A stretch of DNA of 64,000 bases from Owenia fusiformis (lineage: Eukaryota), in contig CAIIXF020000001.1 in assembly GCA_903813345.2 (NCBI GenBank), forward strand, positions 12,524,001 through 12,588,000. Direction: 5' to 3'. The position numbers and the translations under genes were made by a program. Within the stretch, counting starts at the first letter, position 1. Each line of letters starts with the position of its first letter. Under the pieces are notes generated by a model that saw only the letters and a program-made list of their open reading frames with translations, had not been told where the DNA came from and did not search any database. Of the stretch, positions 28,660 through 42,000 are shown piece by piece.

Positions 28660-29005
28660 TTTGCAATTACTTGAAAAGTAGTCGAGCGATTTTGTTCATA
28701 TTTGGTATGTGACTACTTATTAGCATGACACACTGTTTTATGACACTTTGGCTTTTGAAAATGGCCGCCATTTTTAAACGTGTTATTTTATGTCCTTTAC
28801 TATAACTCAAAAAGTAATAGAGCGATTTTGTTCATATTTGATATGTGAATACTCATAAGCATAGTTCACTGTCTAATGACAATTTGGCCGCCATTTTGAC
28901 ACGTGTTATTTTACGTTCTGAGCATGGCACACTGTTTTATGACACTTTGGCAGCCATGGCTGTTCGATGGGATTTGCTACACTTTGGCGTTGCTGTTGTC
29001 TAGTT
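28660..29005 (-). mobile_element. 5' fragment of the 21554-22800 HINE-like family nested in the Academ element
   Basis: Reverse complement of aactagacaacagcaacgccaaag...cccatcgaacag and of the internal repeat unit seen at 21554-22400. Confidence 0.7.
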
Positions 29006-29019
29006 ATATAATAATCTTA

Positions 29020-29655
29020 AATTGATTAATTTTTAGACATTCTTGGTAAATGTTGAGGTGGCCAATTTTGATTTTGCCTAAAATCTTGTCTGTAAAGTTT
29101 TGTCTATATGCATTTCCTGGCCAACTGATAAGCTTTTGGGCATTCTTGATAAGGGGTAAGGTGGCCATTTTGGATTTTTTGGTGTCCCGAATAATCTTGT
29201 ATACAGGTTTCCAGCCAAACAATTTGAGGGATTCATTTGAAATTTTCAGGGATGTTTCTACTTATGAAAGTTCAGAACTGATTAGTTTTTCGGCATTCTT
29301 GGTAAATGTTAAGGTGGCCATTTTGGATTTTACGTCCTAAAATCTTGTGTCTCAAGGCTTGTCTACAGGTTTCCACTCCAACCGTTTGAGGGATTCATTT
29401 GAAATTTTCAGGGATGTTTCTACCTATGAAAGTTTAGAACTGATTAGTTTTTTGGCATTCTGGGTAAAAGTTAAGGCAGCAATTTTGGATTTTGTGTTCT
29501 TAAATCTTGTCTGTCAAGGCTTGTCTTCAGGTTTCCAGCCAAACCATTTGATGAATTCTTTGGAAATTTTAAGGAATGTTTCTACCTATGAAAGTTTAGA
29601 ACTGATTAGTTTTTTAGGCAGTCTGGGTAAAGGTTAGGGTGGCCATTTTGGATGT
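29020..29655. repeat. Degenerate tandem repeats (~145-180 bp units) nested in the Academ element
   Basis: Recurrent ggtggccattttggattt and gaaattttcagggatgtttctac.tatgaaagtt.agaactgattagtttt blocks, about 4 units. Confidence 0.7.
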
Positions 29656-29876
29656 TCCGTTACAAAAACTGTATTCTATTCAAGGGTGCGATTCTGTTCA
29701 CACTGTGCCTTGTTAAATTTTCTATCAAAAATGGGCTGATTCCCCTCCGTTCATTATGTTCCATCACCAGGCATATAAATCACTTTATAGAAAATTATAT
29801 CATTTTGAAAAAGGTATATCATATACTTATATATTTTATGTGTGCGATAGACTGTATTGGCACAATTTAAAAATGA

Positions 29877-30497
29877 GTTGATGAGAATATAAGCAAAGCT
29901 TTACCTGCAATTCACTTCCTTACTGGTTCAGATGTTACAAGTAAAGTTGGTACAAAACCTGCAGCATTGAAAGTAAAACCAGAATACATTCAAGGTTTAG
30001 CAACCTTTGGGGAGAACCTAAGTGATGAAAATTGCAGTAAAGCTGAAGTGTTTCTTGTACAAGTTTTGAAATCTGGGTCAAAATGTATGACCATGAATAA
30101 ATTTAGGAACTGGATGTACCATCACTCAAAATCAGCTCAAATAAGCTCATTGCCACCCACATCACACCTACTAACAGACCACATAAAACGAGCTCACTTA
30201 GCCACATATCAAGTCCAGCATGTTCTAGATGAAGAAGCTGTAACACTTGATCCCCTACAATATGGCTACATGAAGGACCCCACAAATGATTCTCTTATCC
30301 CAAAGCAGGACATAAGGATTTGGCCTGAAGATTTGATAAAGCAATGTACATGCAAAACTTGCAGCCAGGCATCATGTGGATGCAAACAGAGTGGGCAACA
30401 CTGCATATCATTCTGCAAATGCACAAGTTTACAAACAAATAAATGTAAAAATCCCTTTTTAAAAGAGAGTGAACTTTTGGAGGCAATGCTTAATTAA
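29877..30497 (+). pseudogene. C-terminal remnant of an Academ-type transposon protein (XPG/H3TH-like segment plus Cys-rich finger)
   Basis: Open frame extends 5' of the listed ORF: ..ALPAIHFLTGSDVTSKVGTK..LPPTSHLLTDHIKRAHLATY..CTCKTCSQASCGCKQSGQHCISFCKC; N-terminal transposase part absent (stop at 29874). Confidence 0.75.
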
Positions 30498-31760
30498 TGT
30501 TTTATGCTGATAAAATGAACTGTTTTAATCAAATATAACAAAACAAATTGAATGTAACAGTTGTTTTCTAGTCTCTTATTTTACAATGAATTGGAATTTA
30601 GGTAGAATCAGATCAGGGAGCAGTTTTCAAAAATATTGATGTCATATTCGTAATCACATCTATTTTCTAGAAATTCAAAGCAGTGCATTCTTTATTAAAA
30701 AATAGAGGTATATCTGTTAATACGTTCAAGTGTTTTGCTGTGGATATATATACTTTGAATCTGAAATATGGTTATATTATTTCATAAAATAGCATGTATC
30801 TATTAGGAGGTACAATATTTGAAATGGTCAGGAAGACTTGGGGAGGCTAAAAGCGCATTTTGCTTTCAATTTTGTCATTGTTCTCTATGTTTCTTACTTT
30901 GCCTTCAAAAATCATACATGATTTACAAACAAATGAAACTTATAGAAAAATATATTTTCTATAGATGGCGCCTTTTATGCATGGTTTCATTCTGTCTATA
31001 ATGTATTCATTGATAACCGTAATTGTCAACCATAAGCTTAACTTGTCTAAATATATATTTTTCTACTTGTTACATCATGTTAGGTTTACCTTAGAAATAA
31101 AAAGCATATGTATTTGGTAATATGTAAAAACTGATATTTTGTCAAATTTCTTCCACTTTTACAAAAAAAAATTTTTCTAAGTTCCCATGTCCCACATATA
31201 TTAATTTGATACTGCATCATATGTCCCCTTTATGGTTCTAATTATTACACCAATAAAAACAATTTTATCTACCATAACAGCCTCAGAATAATAAACTTTA
31301 TAAGGTAGACCCTTGATTATAGGTGGCGCTTCTGTATATTTGAGGCAAAATGACCCATCAAATGACCTTCCAGGATCACCTAAAAATTCAAATGCATAGT
31401 TTAGGAAGTAGTCTCTAAGGAAACAGCAAAAAAATAAATATGAAATTAGGTTTGGCTGAAAAAAAAATTAATTAAGATTATCACCCTGCAACTTTAAAAT
31501 CACTAGATGGCGCCACTATAACCTGCCATAAAAATTGATTTTACCCAAACCTGAAAAAATAACTTATGGATTCCTACACTTCAGGGTATCTTCTAAAAGA
31601 AAATCAAAAGTTATTTCATTCTAAATCCGAGTAAGCTCAGAGAGGCTAGGGACAGGATCATTTACAATCTGATCATATTCCCACTGACTATGTAGCCCTG
31701 GCTGTGTTGAACTCTACATACCCCCTTAAATACTAAGGTTCCCACGGTTAATAAGAACCT

Positions 31761-34700
31761 CACATTCACACCTTTGGCACAATGAAAGATTCTTCCCAAA
31801 ATGATATGCCCTGACTGTATCTTCCTCTACAGCCCATCCCTTCACTAGCCATCATTCACACCTTTGGCACAATGAAAGATTCTTCCCAAAATGATATGCC
31901 CTGACTTTATCTACCTCTACAGCCCATTCCTTCACTAGCCATCATTCACACCTTTGGCACAATGAAAGATTCTTCCCAAAATGATATGCCCTGACTTTAT
32001 CTTCCTCTACAGCCCATCCCTTCACTAGCCATCATTCACACCTTTGGCACAATGAAAGATTCTTCCCAAAATGATATGCCCTGACTTTATCTACCTCTAC
32101 AGCCCATTCCTTCACTAGCCATCATTCACACCTTTGGCACAATGAAAGATTCTTCCCAAAATGATATGCCCTGACTTTATCTACCTCTACAGCCCATCCC
32201 TTCACTAGCCATCATTCACACCTTTGGCACAATGAAAGATTCTTCCCAAAATGATATGCCCTGACTTTATCTACCTCTACAGCCCATCCCTTCACTAGCC
32301 ATCATTCACACCTTTGGCACAATGAAAGATTCTTCCCAAAATGATATGCCCTGACTGTATCTTCCTCTACAGCCCATCCCTTCACTAGCCATCATTCACA
32401 CCTTTGGCACAATGAAAGATTCTTCCCAAAATGATATGCCCTGACTGTATCTACCTCTACAGCCCATCCCTTCACTAGCCATCATTCACACCTTTGGCAC
32501 AATGAAAGATTATTACCAAAATGATATGCCCTGACTTTATCTACCTCTTCAGCCCATCCCTTCACTAGCCATCATTCACACCTTTGGCACAATGAAAGAT
32601 TCTTCCCAAAATGATATGCCCTGACTGTGTCTACCTCTAAAGCCCATCCCTTCACTAGCCATCATTCACACCTTTGGCACAATGAAAGATTCTTCCCAAA
32701 ATGATATGCCCTGACTTTATCTACCTCTACAGCCCATCCCTTCACTAGCCATCATTCACACCTTTGGCACAATGAAAGATTCTTCCCAAGTCAACATTCA
32801 TGCCTTTGGCACAATGAAAGATTCTTCCCAAAATGATATGCTCTGACTTTATCTACCTCTACAGCACATCCCTTCACTTGCCAACATTCACACCTTTGGC
32901 ACAATGAAAGATTCTTCCCAAAATGATATGCCCTGACTGTGTCTACCTCTACAGCCCATCCCTTCACTAGCCATCATTCACACCTTTGGCACAATGAAAG
33001 ATTCTTCCCAAGTCAACATTCACGCCTTTGGCACAATGAAAGATTCTTACCAAAATGATATGTCCCTACCTCTACAGCCCATCCCTTCACTAGCCATCAT
33101 TCACACCTTTGGCACAATGAAAGATTCTTCCCAAAATGATATGCTCTGACTTTATCTACCTCTACAGCACATCCCTTCACTTGCCAACATTCACACCTTT
33201 GGCACAATGAAAGATTCTTCCCAAAATGATATGCCCTGACTGTGTCTACCTCTACAGCCCATCCCTTCACTAGCCATCATTCACACCTTTGGCACAATGA
33301 AAGATTCTTCCCAAAATGATATGCCCTGACTGTGTCTACCTCTACAGCCCATCCCTTCACTAGCCAACATTCACACCTTTGGCACAATGAAAGATTTTTC
33401 CCAAAATGATATGCCCTGACTGTGTCTACCTCTACAGCCCATCCCTTCACTAGCCAACATTCACACCTTTGGCACAATGAAAGATTCTTACCAAAATGAT
33501 ATGCTCTGACTTTATCTACCTCTACAGCCCATTCCTTCACTAGCCAACATTCACGCCTTTGGCACAATGAAAGATTATTACCAAAAAGATATGCCCTGAC
33601 TTTATCTACCTCTACAGCCCATCCCTTCACTAGCCATCATTCACACCTTTGGCACAATGAAAGATTCTTACCAAAATGATATGCTCTGACTTTATCTACC
33701 TCTACAGCACATCCCTTCACTTGCCAACATTCACACCTTTGGCACAATGAAAGATTCTTCCCAAAATGATATGCTCTGACTGTGTCTACCTCTACAGCCC
33801 ATCCCTTCCCTAGCCAACATTCACGCCTTTGGCACAATGAAAGATTATTACCAAAATGATATGCCGTGACTTTATCTACCTCTACAGCCCATCCCTTCAC
33901 TAGCCATCATTCACACCTTTGGCACAATGAAAGATTCTTCCCAAAATGATATGCCCTGACTTTATCTACCTCTACAGCCCATCCCTTCACTAGCCATCAT
34001 TCACACCTTTGGCACAATGAAAGATTCTTCCCAAAATGATATGCCCTGATTGTGTCTACCTCTACAGCCCATCCCTTCACTAGCCAACATTCACGCCGTT
34101 GGCACAATGAAAGATTCTTACCAAAATGACATGCCCTGACTGTATCTACCTCTACAGCCCATCATTCACAAGCAAACATTCATGCTTTGGCACAATGAAA
34201 GATTCTTCCCAAAATGATATGCCCTGACTGTATCTACCTCTACAGCCCATCCCTTCACTAGCTATCATTCACACCTTTGGCACAATGAAAGATTCTTCAC
34301 TAGCCATCATTCACACCTTTGGCACAATGAAAGATTCTTCCCAAAATGATATGCCCTGACTGTATCTACCTCTACAGCCCATCATTCAAAAGCAAACATT
34401 CATGCTTTGGCACAATGAAAGATTCTTCCCAAAATGATATGCCCTGACTTTATCTACCTCTACAGCCCATCCCTTCACTTGCCAACATTTACGCCTTTGG
34501 CACAATGAAAGATTCTTACCAAAATGATATGCTCTGACTTTATCTACCTCTACAGCCAATTCCTTCACTAGCCATCATTCACACCTTTGGCACAATGAAA
34601 GATTCTTCCCAAAATGATATGCCCTGACTTTATCTACCTCTACAGCCCATTCCTTCACTAGCCATCATTCACACCTTTGGCACAATGAAAGATTCTTCCC

Positions 34701-34913
34701 AAAATGATATGCCCTGACTGTATCTACCTCTACAGCCCATCCCTTCACTAGCCATCATTCACGCTTTTGGCACAATGAAAGATTCTTCCCAAAATGATAT
34801 GCCCTGACTTTATCTACCTCTACAGCCCATCCCTTCACTAGCCAACATTTACGCCTTTGGCACAATGAAAGATTCTTACCAAAATGATATGCCCTGACTG
34901 TGTCTACCTCCAC
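31761..34913. repeat. 90-bp satellite, ~35 copies, derived from the CDF exon/intron junction
   Basis: Unit cattcacacctttggcacaatgaaagattcttcccaaaatgatatgccctgactttatctacctctacagcccatcccttcactagccat; the last unit overlaps the CDF exon end (VEVDTVRAYHFG) and its donor. Confidence 0.97.
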
Positions 34914-35002
34914 AACCTTTTGATGATGATTGAGACAGATCCATGTGATTTTCTTCAGTAGGTCTGGCCTTGCAGTGTGCCCAGTCAGCAGCTTGATTTG
35001 TT
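34880..35002 (-). CDS. Mn-CDF/MTP-like transporter exon
   Basis: 123 bp, phase 1-1; (E)QIKLLTGHTARPDLLKKITWICLNHHQKVVEVDTVRAYHF(G) with the MTP DTVRAY motif; donor GTAAGA. Confidence 0.9.
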
Positions 35003-35326
35003 CTGAAAAATACAAGTTCAATGTTATTGTATTTTATATCAACCCCTTCCCTCAATATCATGTATAAGGCATGCCACAAACACATTTTTGTACTGAAGTA
35101 AACTATTTTTAAAATTTCATTTTATGAATTAAACAAATGCTGACTGAATTGTTGGAATATTTGCCATTATATGGGAACACATTTTATATTACCACCTCAC
35201 ACTGGCATTATCAGACTAAGCACTCTGTAAAATGACTATACAGAGAGAGGCTATAAACCTGGTGTAAAGACAACATTGAAAATGACCACTATGGTGCTTT
35301 ATTACAGTTGAAGAAGTTTCCCTTAC

Positions 35327-35413
35327 CCCAACCAGTGACAATCCAGCTGCCAATGATGTAAATACTAATGAGTATAGCTCCAATGGGGTCGGCAAATGGC
35401 CACCATTTATACC
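35327..35413 (-). CDS. Mn-CDF/MTP-like transporter exon (TM6)
   Basis: 87 bp, phase 1-1; (G)YKWWPFADPIGAILISIYIIGSWIVTGW with the CDF DPIGA motif; acceptor ttacAG, donor GTAAGG. Confidence 0.9.
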
Positions 35414-35791
35414 CTGTAAAAGCAAATTGTTAGTTAAAGGAATATGTCCAAGATGGAATGCTCCATACTTCATTCTTTTGTCAAGGGTGTTCATTTTCAG
35501 ATGTCTATATTGATATCTACTAAGATTTTTATTTTAGTTGCGTTATTTCAATTTAATGTGTGCTTGTCGTAATTGTAAATGTGTAACTGTCAAACCCAAC
35601 TGTCATAAGAGGTAACAGGGATGTACTGAGGTAATTTACATAAATCTTTCTAATTTTGTTCGAGTTTAGATAAATAACATACAGTAACATACATATGTAC
35701 ATACATGTAATTTGTAACATATTTTATTTGCAACAAAAATTGGATAAATTAATACACGTTGGTCAATAACTACAGCATATGTTCTACTCAC

Positions 35792-35914
35792 CTACAAAAC
35801 CTGCTGCCAAGGCTATAATGTTTGATAAGACATCATTCCTATGGTCCTGAGCAAGTGCTTGTATACTTGGATTAGCCAATCTCCTACACATCATAAACAG
35901 CACAAATTTGATGA
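35792..35914 (-). CDS. Mn-CDF/MTP-like transporter exon (TM4-5, DHRND)
   Basis: 123 bp, phase 1-1; (V)IKFVLFMMCRRLANPSIQALAQDHRNDVLSNIIALAAGFV; donor GTGAGT. Confidence 0.92.
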
Positions 35915-37557
35915 CTGAAAAGACACACAAATACAAACATTTAACACTTTGAAATTAAACGTTTGATCTCTTGTCATTGTATACATGATGGTTATATTAG
36001 TCACAGACAAGACTTAAATACTTAATGAGCAAAAAATTCATATCTTTGAATTCTTGTTTTTCTCAAACTTAAACGTGTGATTACGAACACCCCTCTTGAG
36101 TAAACACATCACAATATGAACACTTATAATGTATAAATTGTAAATGTCCATGATTGAATTTCTACAAGGTTGCCATAACAATTCAAGCAGATAGATGCTG
36201 CCATCTATAAAGGTCTTTTTGAAATGGTTCTCAATTTTAGTGTATTTTTCGTTTTATCACCCAAATCTTATCAGAAACAGGACAACCTTTGAATCTTTAA
36301 TTCATTTTTGACAAAAAAAAAATTACAGAGGGTATGATGTCTTTAATTCAATTGATATAGCACTACAGACTTAGATAAGGTATTCACATAAGTGTTTCCA
36401 TTTGTCAAATATGTCAAAGAGGAAAGCCAAATCCTGAATATGAATAAGGTCTGGAATAAATGTACATCATTCCTGGGAAATAAATTCTGAAGTACAATGT
36501 CGATTTTTATGCCTGAATAAATATTATATCAGTTACAGCTTTTATTCGAAGAGTACTCAAGCTTGACAGATCACATCATATTGCGATACCATCAACCTGG
36601 GTCACGCTACCTTTTGATGTATTAGAAAAATCTTGAGAGAATATTCAATTACAAATGTTTGCTTCTCAGCGAAACACTCGTATCATTTTCAAAAGATCCA
36701 GACTTATTATTAATAGGCCATTTCCAGGTAATATCTCAACTTCACTCAATTCATCTTCCACTTTAGTTTTTTCCCTTTTTATTTAGTTGAAATGGAATGA
36801 TATGATCCAATGATATTGATTAACAAAGCAATAATACAGGCACTTTCTGAAACTATGAAATGCACATTGAGTTGGTAACTAACGAACTGATGTAAAATTA
36901 AAGTCTAATCAATGAGCCATGGAATGAGTTCAGTAAGATTACTGGGGACATGGGTAGCTTGTGTAAACACTTATTGCATTAACAATCTCCGTTCACTCAG
37001 CTCTCGTCGGTCGATGAACGCAGTGAAGACTGGAGCGTGCGAAGATACATTTTCATCGACCTTTAAGAAAATTTACTGATTTTTGAAGCCAGAATTGAAT
37101 TTTTATTTGACATGAATATAGTGAATACCGTATTTTGCTTATGTTTAAGTTTTCTTAAATACATATATTTTAAAGTTTTAAACTACATGTACTTGAATGG
37201 CTGTGTAAAATACCCTGACATTATCCTTGACCATTGCAGCCATTTTCTTGCAGTTTTAAAATTCCCAGTCTCCCTTCACTAGGAAAATTATTTGTCTTTT
37301 TTCTATTCATTTTGGTATTTTACACTCTAATTAGAGTGAATCGCAAGCACAGTCCTTTTTCATTTAGCACATCATTTTACTTTTCTTTTGACCATTACAG
37401 CCAAAAATGTGATAATGACCTTCGGTAATATCAAAACATATGGAATTTGGATAAATTAACCCCAGCAGGACTAGTTTTGACAATTCAACATTTAACAAGC
37501 TGAAGTTCAACAAAAGATAGGATTTAAAGTATGGCAATAGTTGGGATTTCTACATAC

Positions 37558-37728
37558 CTATAGTACTGACAAGTATGACAATAGTTGGGATTTCTACAAC
37601 TGGACCTGCAGAATTTGTTGTAGCATAAGTGATTATATGCTCTATGGACTCCTTTACAAGCTGTACTGACGCCAGCGCCATGATAACTGACAGCACCACT
37701 ATAGCTATAGGTTCTAGTTTTGTACGAC
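37558..37728 (-). CDS. Mn-CDF/MTP-like transporter exon (TM3-4)
   Basis: 171 bp, phase 1-1; (G)RTKLEPIAIVVLSVIMALASVQLVKESIEHII...PTIVILVSTI, continuing YPQG|RTKLEP; donor GTATGT. Confidence 0.9.
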
Positions 37729-38009
37729 CTGCAAATAGAGTGAAACACATTTGTGGTAGATATTCCTGAATCATCACATGTAGAGACTAGTGGGATTGTA
37801 TCAGTGGCATTACACAAATGATTCTATAGCATCACACCTATTATTCTATAGCATCACTTGAATGATTCTATAGTATCACTCCTATATATGATTCTATATA
37901 TCAGTACAGTATCATACCGATTATTCTATAGCATCACTAAAATCACACCTCTGGCTCTACAGTATCACAACAATGACTCTAAAGCCTGTCACATCAATAG
38001 TCTCTATAG

Positions 38010-39070
38010 TTTCACATATATGCCTTAATAGCATCAAACTTATGACTACATAGTATCACATATATGCCTTAATAGCATCAAACTTATGACTACATAGTAT
38101 CACATATATGCCTTAATAGCATCAAACTTATGACTACATGGTATCACATATATGCCTGAATAGCATCAAACTTATGACTACATAGTACCACATATATGCC
38201 TTAATAGCATCAAACTTATGACTACATAGTATCACATATATGCCTTAATAGCATCAAACTTATGACTACATTGTATCACATATATGCCTTAATAGGATCA
38301 AACTTATGACTACATAGTATCACATATATACCTTAATAGCATCAAACTTATGACTACATAGTATCACATATATGCCTTAATAGCATCAAACTTATGACTA
38401 CATAGTATCATATATATGCCTCAATAGCATCAAACTTATGACTACATAGTATCACATATATGCCTCAATAGCATCAAACTTATGACTACATAGTATCACA
38501 TATATGCCTCAATAGCATCAAACTTATGACTACATAGTATCACATATATGCCTCAATAGCATCAAACGTATGACTACATAGTATCACATATATGCCTCAA
38601 TAGCATCAAACTTATGACTACATAGTATCACATATATGCCTTAATAGCATCAATTTTATGACTACATTGTATCACATATATGCCTTAATAGGATCAAACT
38701 TATGACTACATAGTATCACATATATACCTTAATAGCATCAAACTTATGACTACATAGTATCACATATATGCCTTAATAGCATCAAACTTATGACTACATA
38801 GTATCACATATATGCCTCAATAGCATCAAACTTATGACTACATAGTATCACATATATGCCTCAATAGCATCAAACTTATGACTACATAGTATCACATATA
38901 TGCCTCAATAGCATCAAACTTATGACTACATAGTATCACATATATGCCTCAATAGCATCAAACTTATGACTACATAGTATCACATATATGCCTCAATAGC
39001 ATCAAACTTATGACTACATAGTATCACATATATGCCTTAATAGCATCAAACTTATGACTACATGGTATCA
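38010..39070. repeat. 44-bp minisatellite, ~24 copies
   Basis: Unit tagcatcaaacttatgactacatagtatcacatatatgcc(t/c)aa; preceded by degenerate shorter tctatagcatcac repeats at ~37820-38010. Confidence 0.96.
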
Positions 39071-42000
39071 CCAGTGGTCTTACCTTGCATTTCAAACATT
39101 GTTTTACATGTCTGTCTAAATAATATCCACAATAATTTCACACTTTGGACTGGATGTAAATGGATTCAAAACAGAGTGTTATTTAAGTCTGTCTTAATGC
39201 TTGGACTTAAAAGGGTACCACATCCTAAATCAGAATGTGGAATTAGACAGACAGAACAGAGCCAGTATATGACAATGTGATGCATATTAGTAGAAAGCAT
39301 AAAGTTGTGCTGTGGTAGTTTTGAGAATTGAGAATCATGTAACTCTTATTTATTCATGCTATATGAACCCTAAAAGATATAAATATTCATATTGGAGACA
39401 TAGGCATCAATATGCAAAATGTCACCACCTGCCATTTGTTACAGACATTGATCGCTGAACACCAACCGCCGAATGCTGACCACCAACTGCCAAACACCGC
39501 CACAAGAAAGTTGAAGACAATAACAATCTATCATCACTTCCGGTGTTTCTTAGCCTTCTTATATCAACCCTAATCTAGCCTAACCATGTTTTTCCATCTC
39601 CTGGGAAATTAAAAAATTACATAATGTGAGACGTGAGATCACTTCAATTAATTGAGTTTATTGAATAATCTAGCGATCTTATGTAGTAAATGTAGATATA
39701 ATGCTCAAACGATACAAATAACCATATCAGGTAATAAATTAATAATGCAGAGTAAAAACTGAAAGGAGCTGTATATTATATATGATAGCACTTTTCCCCA
39801 ATAAAGCAATGACTTGCCATCAAATGAGCCATGATAGCTGAAGGCACCTGAAGCCACCGAACCCTGTGTTGCATTCTTATGCATTGGAACGCCAAAAATA
39901 AAGTGCCTAAAAGTGGTAAGTGTGTTAACTTTAAATTAAGCCAGTCCTGGAAAAACACGATAAGATTCTAATCAATATTATACTAATAGGCAATTGTATC
40001 AGCTCCCCATAAACCATCACCTAACCAAACAAAGATTTTTCTAAATAATAATAAAAAGCAAACATTAACAAAAATCAATAGCTGGCGATAGTTGCGTATT
40101 CTACTTAGGAACGAGGAGGGGAAATTACATTTGGCTTTATGAAAGAAGAAGGTAGATCGTGAAGCACTATAGACTTTTCATCGATAGAAAGACCGGAGAC
40201 AATTTACAGAAAATAAAAGACTTTTCATAATTCTACTTTGGCTTGTTATCTCACAAGGAAAAGTCCTATAACTTCAACAATGGGCTTTCGTGATAAACAA
40301 AGAACTTATTTCCCAGGAAAAATATGAGTTAGACACGTACTGTCAATAATTCCAATTATGTAATATGCAAATTGAGAAAGGACTTAAGACTGATTTAATA
40401 ATGAACAATCACAAAGACATTTACCTTCATAAAATGTATTAACAAGAATTATGTCATCATTAATTGCTTGGTTTTACATAAAATAACTAAGAACAATAAA
40501 ATTAAGACATAAAGCTTCATGAAGAGATTGCCGAGGTAGAAAAGTTTTATTGAAGGTAGGTTAGTTTTGTTATATCTACGTGTATGCTTTAGAATCTTTA
40601 TGATTAGTTGATTAAACTGTATAAAATGGCTGTATTATTCAGCTTATCAAACATTTATATTATATAGGATATTTTTCCAAATCAAATAATTTTAACCAGA
40701 AAATGGCAAATCCATTGAGTAGTAAATTCCAACGGACAAAATATTAATAAATCTAATTTATTTCAAAAGATAATCGAAATGTGTGTAATACAATGTTCAG
40801 AATCCCTTAATTTGCATTAAAAAAAGCACAGACTTGGGAGACATCAGATTTCCTTTAAATTCAAGCATTTTGGTGGCTATTTTGGATTTTCAAAGGCACA
40901 AATTAAATAAAAGAGAAAATTCTCTTCAAATGAGAACCTCAAAATAAGACAGAAATTCTCATTTTCTCTACCCTCCTGGAGGTCTGGCAAAAACAACTGG
41001 AGAATATTTAATAGATACAATGAATGTATTTACTCCCAAAACTTCAAACAGTAATACTTTGCAATTTGACTAAAATAGGTAAACTTGGAATTCATGAAAA
41101 ATGCCTAGGCCTGTCTATATATTTTCAAAGCAGTCAGACATTTCGATGGGTGGATGAGTTCAATATAAGAGACAAGGCATTAATATATAAAATGGCATCA
41201 CCTGCCATTTGTTACAGACACTGAACGCTGAACACCAAACATAAAAAACTGGAGACTATAACAATATGTCACCACTTGTGTTGGTGACATAATGATGTAC
41301 TAGTGTCAATGGTTATCAAATAATAAGGCAAATCTAATATTATTAAGAGTAAAAGATGATTTCATTTGTGAGAGACAAATCAACATTCTAAAATTGAACA
41401 TTTGGACACAACCACTAAACAATTCAATACTAAAGACAAACTGACCGTATGTCTTCATACTTAGAATATAAATGGGAAAGAAGAAATAGAGGCTTAGAAG
41501 CAAATTAGTATCATTAAAAAATAATGCATGAATAAAAAGATAATAATTACAATCTATGCATTAATAGTGACCTGTTCAATGATAGGTAATTTATCTTACA
41601 GATATTTCTATTGTTCAGTGAACTATGACTTAATATGAGATACATCTTCATCCATCAGCAACCTGCCCCAAGAGACAAGGCATTGCTCTATCTTATTCCG
41701 GTGCGTCAATCTCACTTAAGATGGCAACTTTTTATGATTTTATTGCTTTAAATTAATCTCTTCAATTCTAACGAGGGTACATGTGATAACAAAAACAGGT
41801 TTAATTGTGTCATTTACTTAAAACAATATTTTACATTCGTTTTGAATGTTAAAAGTTCATACTTGAAAATTTAGCAATGGGACTGCAGCTTAAAACATAA
41901 TTATGATTCTCTGTTGCAATCCAGGAGAGATCCACTCAGACTACACAAATTATCAGAAGATTATCTAAATATAAACATACCAATAAAGGTTTAAAAAGAT

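Larger units (their letters stand above)
27202..31660 (+). mobile_element. Internally deleted Academ (AcademX-like) DNA transposon
   Basis: ~600-bp near-identical terminal inverted repeats (~27205-27810 / ~31050-31657); termini 5'-TAG...TCA-3'; flanked by TTT on both sides (3-bp TSD); contains an XPG-like/Cys-rich ORF remnant; lies in the last CDF intron. Confidence 0.8.

Noticed and set aside
29004-29870. Short ORFs at 29004-29870, and similar ones at 21616-22858 and 46398-47403
   Set aside because: They translate non-coding internal repeats of HINE-like elements; no protein motifs.
33277-34568. Repetitive ORFs (..WAVEVDKVRAYHFGKNLSLCQR..) on the minus strand
   Set aside because: Translations of the 90-bp satellite, interrupted by stops and lacking splice acceptors; not an independent gene.
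31761-39070. CRISPR-like appearance of the 90-bp and 44-bp arrays
   Set aside because: Units are contiguous near-identical repeats without unique spacers; eukaryotic context and no cas genes.
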